DNA of 64,000 nucleotides from Candidatus Babeliales bacterium (GTDB lineage Bacteria; Babelota; Babeliae; Babelales; JANWKD01): NCBI GenBank assembly GCA_963722255.1, contig CAVRJO010000002.1, positions 608,001 to 672,000 of the forward strand, read 5' to 3'. Shown piece by piece: positions 61,351 to 64,000 of this stretch (position 1 is its first letter; each line of letters starts with the position of its first letter). The notes under the pieces were generated by a model. It saw only the letters and a program-made list of their open reading frames with translations, ran no database searches and was not told where the DNA came from. The position numbers and the translations under genes were made by a program.

Positions 61351-61992
61351 TTATAACGCCCCCGTAGACCGGGGGGCTTGACGGCTGTTAGCAGTCCCAA
61401 GGACTGCCAGATTTAACTTTGACTATATTTTAAAATTGACCTTCTTCATCAAAACCTTGGCTATCCAGCTGTTCTTGATTTTTCACGTAGGCTTTAACAT
61501 TCTCCAATTCATGACCTACTGTTGAAACCGCATATCCCCTTGCCCAAAACTTCTCGCCATTAAAATTTTTTTGCCGACCGCCAAATTGTCGCGCAACTGC
61601 AATCGCACTTTTACCTTTTATATATCCAACTATCTCTGCTATTGAATATTTCGGCGGAATACTTATCAGCATATGCACATGATCTTGTACCATGTGGCCT
61701 TCCAAAATCTTACTTTCCCTTTGTCCTGCCAATTCATGAAATACTGGTCCTAAGAATTTACGAATTTCTCCATAAAGTTTCTTTTTTCTATATTTTGGAA
61801 CAAATACAATATGGTATTTGCAGTTAAATTTAGAATGGCTTAAACTTTTAAATGATGTTTCCATATATATTTTTTTTCGAGCCGTCACGCCCTAAAAAAA
61901 TATATCATTGGAAACATTTTTTTTACACTTGAATCTAAAGGCCTAGCCTTGAAAGTCTCACTAGTCAAACTAGTGGTTTACCTATCTTTCAA
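61351..61992 (-). mobile_element. IS200-family element, 642-bp insertion
   Basis: Size defined by in-frame reconstruction of the host gene (TTAT ambiguity at both junctions); hairpins CCCCCG..CGGGGG and CACTAGT..ACTAGTG near the ends. Confidence 0.9.
61430..61864 (-). CDS. tnpA: IS200/IS605 transposase
   Basis: CKYHIVFVPKYR, DHVHML, KGKSA, FWARGY, YVKNQ. The start region lies in an inverted repeat (~61855-61917). Confidence 0.95.
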   Translation of the reverse strand: METSFKSLSHSKFNCKYHIVFVPKYRKKKLYGEIRKFLGPVFHELAGQRESKILEGHMVQDHVHMLISIPPKYSIAEIVGYIKGKSAIAVARQFGGRQKNFNGEKFWARGYAVSTVGHELENVKAYVKNQEQLDSQGFDEEGQF

Positions 61993-62158
61993 TTATTTAA
62001 AAAAAAACATTGTGGTAATGTCGTAAAGCATTATATTAATCATAGGTTACAACAATTAGAGCAGAAAGAAACAAAATAAATTCAGCATACGTAAAAGCCA
62101 AACGATATATTTATTCAGAGAAAAACAATATCGATACAGATTATAAAGGATTTATTTT

Positions 62159-62512
62159 ATGAAAATGTATACCTTTTTTTATGCTCTCGTTCTCTTTTCA
62201 ATTTCAAGCACCTTTGCAGGAAAAGATCTAACTCATCTTGAAAAATTGATAGTCGCAACAGCTAAAGGCACAAAGGAACCCGAGACACTATTTAAACAAT
62301 TTACCTCAGCGCTTACTCATGACGAATATTCATGTCAAGATAAATTATCACTCTTCACCTCTATGAAAAGCCATGAATATTCATATCCTATCAGGCAAAT
62401 CTTAAAAAGCTTTGAAACATATAATCCAAATCAATATGCAATGTTTAATAAAGCATATGAGTTTGGCAATCTACACGGTACGATGGTTGTTATGGGTAAT
62501 TGTGAGTCATAA
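62159..62512 (+). CDS. Small secreted hypothetical protein
   Basis: AAGGA RBS; signal peptide ..SSTFA. Confidence 0.6.
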   Translation: MKMYTFFYALVLFSISSTFAGKDLTHLEKLIVATAKGTKEPETLFKQFTSALTHDEYSCQDKLSLFTSMKSHEYSYPIRQILKSFETYNPNQYAMFNKAYEFGNLHGTMVVMGNCES

Positions 62513-62545
62513 AAAGTCCTATGAAAAAATACTAATCTTTTTTCA

Positions 62546-63744
62546 TCACTTCAACAAAACTTTAGCAATCGCATACAAAGGATATGAATGTATCTTTTGA
62601 AATACAGAATAATTAAGAGTGGAGAATCTAATACCATAAGGAGAATTTGAGTGGCCTTCTAAGAAAAGTTGCATACTTTTAAGCGTCGTTCCACCACTGC
62701 TTTTAACCTCAATTGGTAAAACATATTGATCATGCTGAATAAGATAATCGATTTCAGCTTGACTACTACGCTCAGTTCTATGCCAATAATACAATGAACC
62801 CTTTTTATAAGGATTTGAATAGGCCAAAATCTCTTGACCAACAAAAGCTTCTACAAGTTCACCTTTATTAATAAATTGCTGCAAAGGATTAACAATCCAA
62901 CTACTCATACCGATACCAAGCAAAACCTGACTCAATGCAACATCCAAAAAAATTACTTTAAAATCTTGCAGATCCGCTTGCGCACCCAAGGGAATTCCAT
63001 TACCCGAACTAAATAAAACTTTATTAACGACCCCTGCCGTGGTAAGCAAATCAAGGCAAGGTGCCAATTCTCTTTTTTGGTAATCACTGCTAACTTCACT
63101 ATATTTAAATTTTTTACCCAGGCGTAAAGGAATATGCTCATAAAGTAAATTTAAATATTTAATTTGGAACTTTTTTGCATACTTATTAAAATCTTGTCGA
63201 TATGTATCTACAAGTGTTTGCTGCAAGCTAAAACATTCAAAGGTATCTTTATTTTTTTGCCAAGAATCAACTATTTCAGGCATACCTCCAATAGCCAAAT
63301 ATTCTCCTAGAAAGGATAAAAGCTTTTGATGAATTGGTTCACTTAAAGGATTTTCCGGTGTATGGGCTAAAATTTCTTCGACTAAGAGATCTTGCTTTAA
63401 AGCACCTAAAAATTCAATAAATGATACCGGATACATATATAAGGACATTACTCTGCCAACGGGAATACCATGTTCTTCAGCAGTAAAATCCAATAAAGAA
63501 CCGGCAGCAATCACATGAAGCACTGGTAATCGTTCATAAAAATAACGCAATGCAAGAAAAACCCGAGGCGCTGATTGAATTTCATCAAAAAATAATAACG
63601 TGATCCCAGGAACTATTTGTTGGCCAACAAATAATGAAAGCTCGCGTATAATTCTCTCAGGATCTAGATCTCTTTCAAAAAATAATGCCGCTGACGGAGT
63701 ATATTCAAAATTAATTTCTACAAAATTCTCAAAAGATTTACCTA
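62546..63744 (-). pseudogene. AAA+ ATPase (AAA_14 + DUF4143), 5' end cut off by an IS5 element
   Basis: The frame extends upstream of the track ORF (LGKSFENFVEINFE..LFFDEIQ) to the IS end at 63745. Walker A is absent; AAGSLL, GGMPE and EIDY..PIEVK are present. Confidence 0.85.
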
Positions 63745-64000
63745 GGTTCTGTGAACCAAATTTAAAAAATGCTTAAAAAAAGATAAGCTTCCTTTGTTAA
63801 TCAACTAAAAAAACAAAAGGAAGCTTGTAATGCATTACCTAATTAATGATACAGATTTTGAAAAAATATTGAATGTTTTAATGAGCATCAAAGGGATTCA
63901 CAAGAAGTCTATTGAAAAATTACGTAAATTTATAGAGGCAATATATTACATATGCAGAAGCGGTTGCCAATGGAGATTATTGCCAATTTATTATGGTAGT
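63745..64000 (+). mobile_element. IS5-family element, left end (partial)
   Basis: Starts GGTTCTGT after CCTA and interrupts the AAA+ frame; carries a transposase start. Confidence 0.82.
63830..64000 (+). CDS. IS5-family transposase, N-terminal part
   Basis: MHYLINDTDF..LRKFIEAIYYICRSGCQWRLLP..YG, the typical IS5 N-terminal motif. Confidence 0.85.
   Translation, partial: MHYLINDTDFEKILNVLMSIKGIHKKSIEKLRKFIEAIYYICRSGCQWRLLPIYYGS

Larger units (their letters stand above)
59956..62079 (+). pseudogene. Secreted WD40-like protein (paralogue 2), 3' end interrupted by IS200
   Basis: Joining 61350 to 61993 restores ..PILKLFKKKHCGNVVKHYINHRLQQLEQKETK*, which matches paralogue 1's LFKKPQCDNVVKQYINHRLKQFEQKGSE*. 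Confidence 0.85.

Noticed and set aside
3886..63141. Numerous 60-113 aa ORFs antisense or out of frame within longer genes (e.g. 3886-4209, 12906-13247, 16755-17081, 30236-30508, 49872-50114)
   Set aside because: Fully nested in well-supported genes, with no motifs or RBS; treated as shadow ORFs.
1..64000. CRISPR array, tRNA, rRNA, tmRNA, prophage
   Set aside because: No regularly spaced repeats, cloverleaf/T-loop signatures or phage genes were recognised by eye.

Overview
AT-rich bacterial chromosomal window. It mixes housekeeping genes (PBP1A, rnpB, dciA, MgtA-like P-type ATPase, archease-rtcB, holB, tmk, acyl-CoA ligase, mntH, uvrC, tyrS, deoxynucleoside kinase, TrmH methylase, rpe, gpsA, uppS) with many lineage-specific signal-peptide proteins. 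Several of these carry eukaryote-like domains: C2H2 zinc fingers, ankyrin, WD40-like and a PPP phosphatase. The gene style suggests an intracellular associate of protists such as Candidatus Dependentiae/Babelota (TM6); this is inference only. Mobile DNA comprises a complete IS5-family (ISL2-like) element that splits a zinc-finger gene, two IS200 elements (one splits a WD40-like gene), an IS5 element at the right edge that splits an AAA+ gene, a 157-bp MITE and REP-like palindromes. The main observations are: (i) about eleven secreted proteins whose mature chain appears to begin with Met right after the signal-peptide cleavage site; (ii) a tandem pair of secreted C2H2 zinc-finger proteins with NLS-like basic tracts; (iii) a peptidase with a tandemly duplicated HEXXH segment; (iv) an S2P/M50 homologue lacking its zinc ligands; (v) an AAA+ gene bracketed by a 206-bp duplication of the neighbouring gene's 3' end; (vi) a promoter/anti-SD/hairpin leader or sRNA; (vii) an unannotated pair of conserved small ORFs divergent from the WD40 paralogues. 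Several single-base frameshifts, mostly in homopolymers, could be assembly errors. No tRNA, rRNA or CRISPR array was seen.
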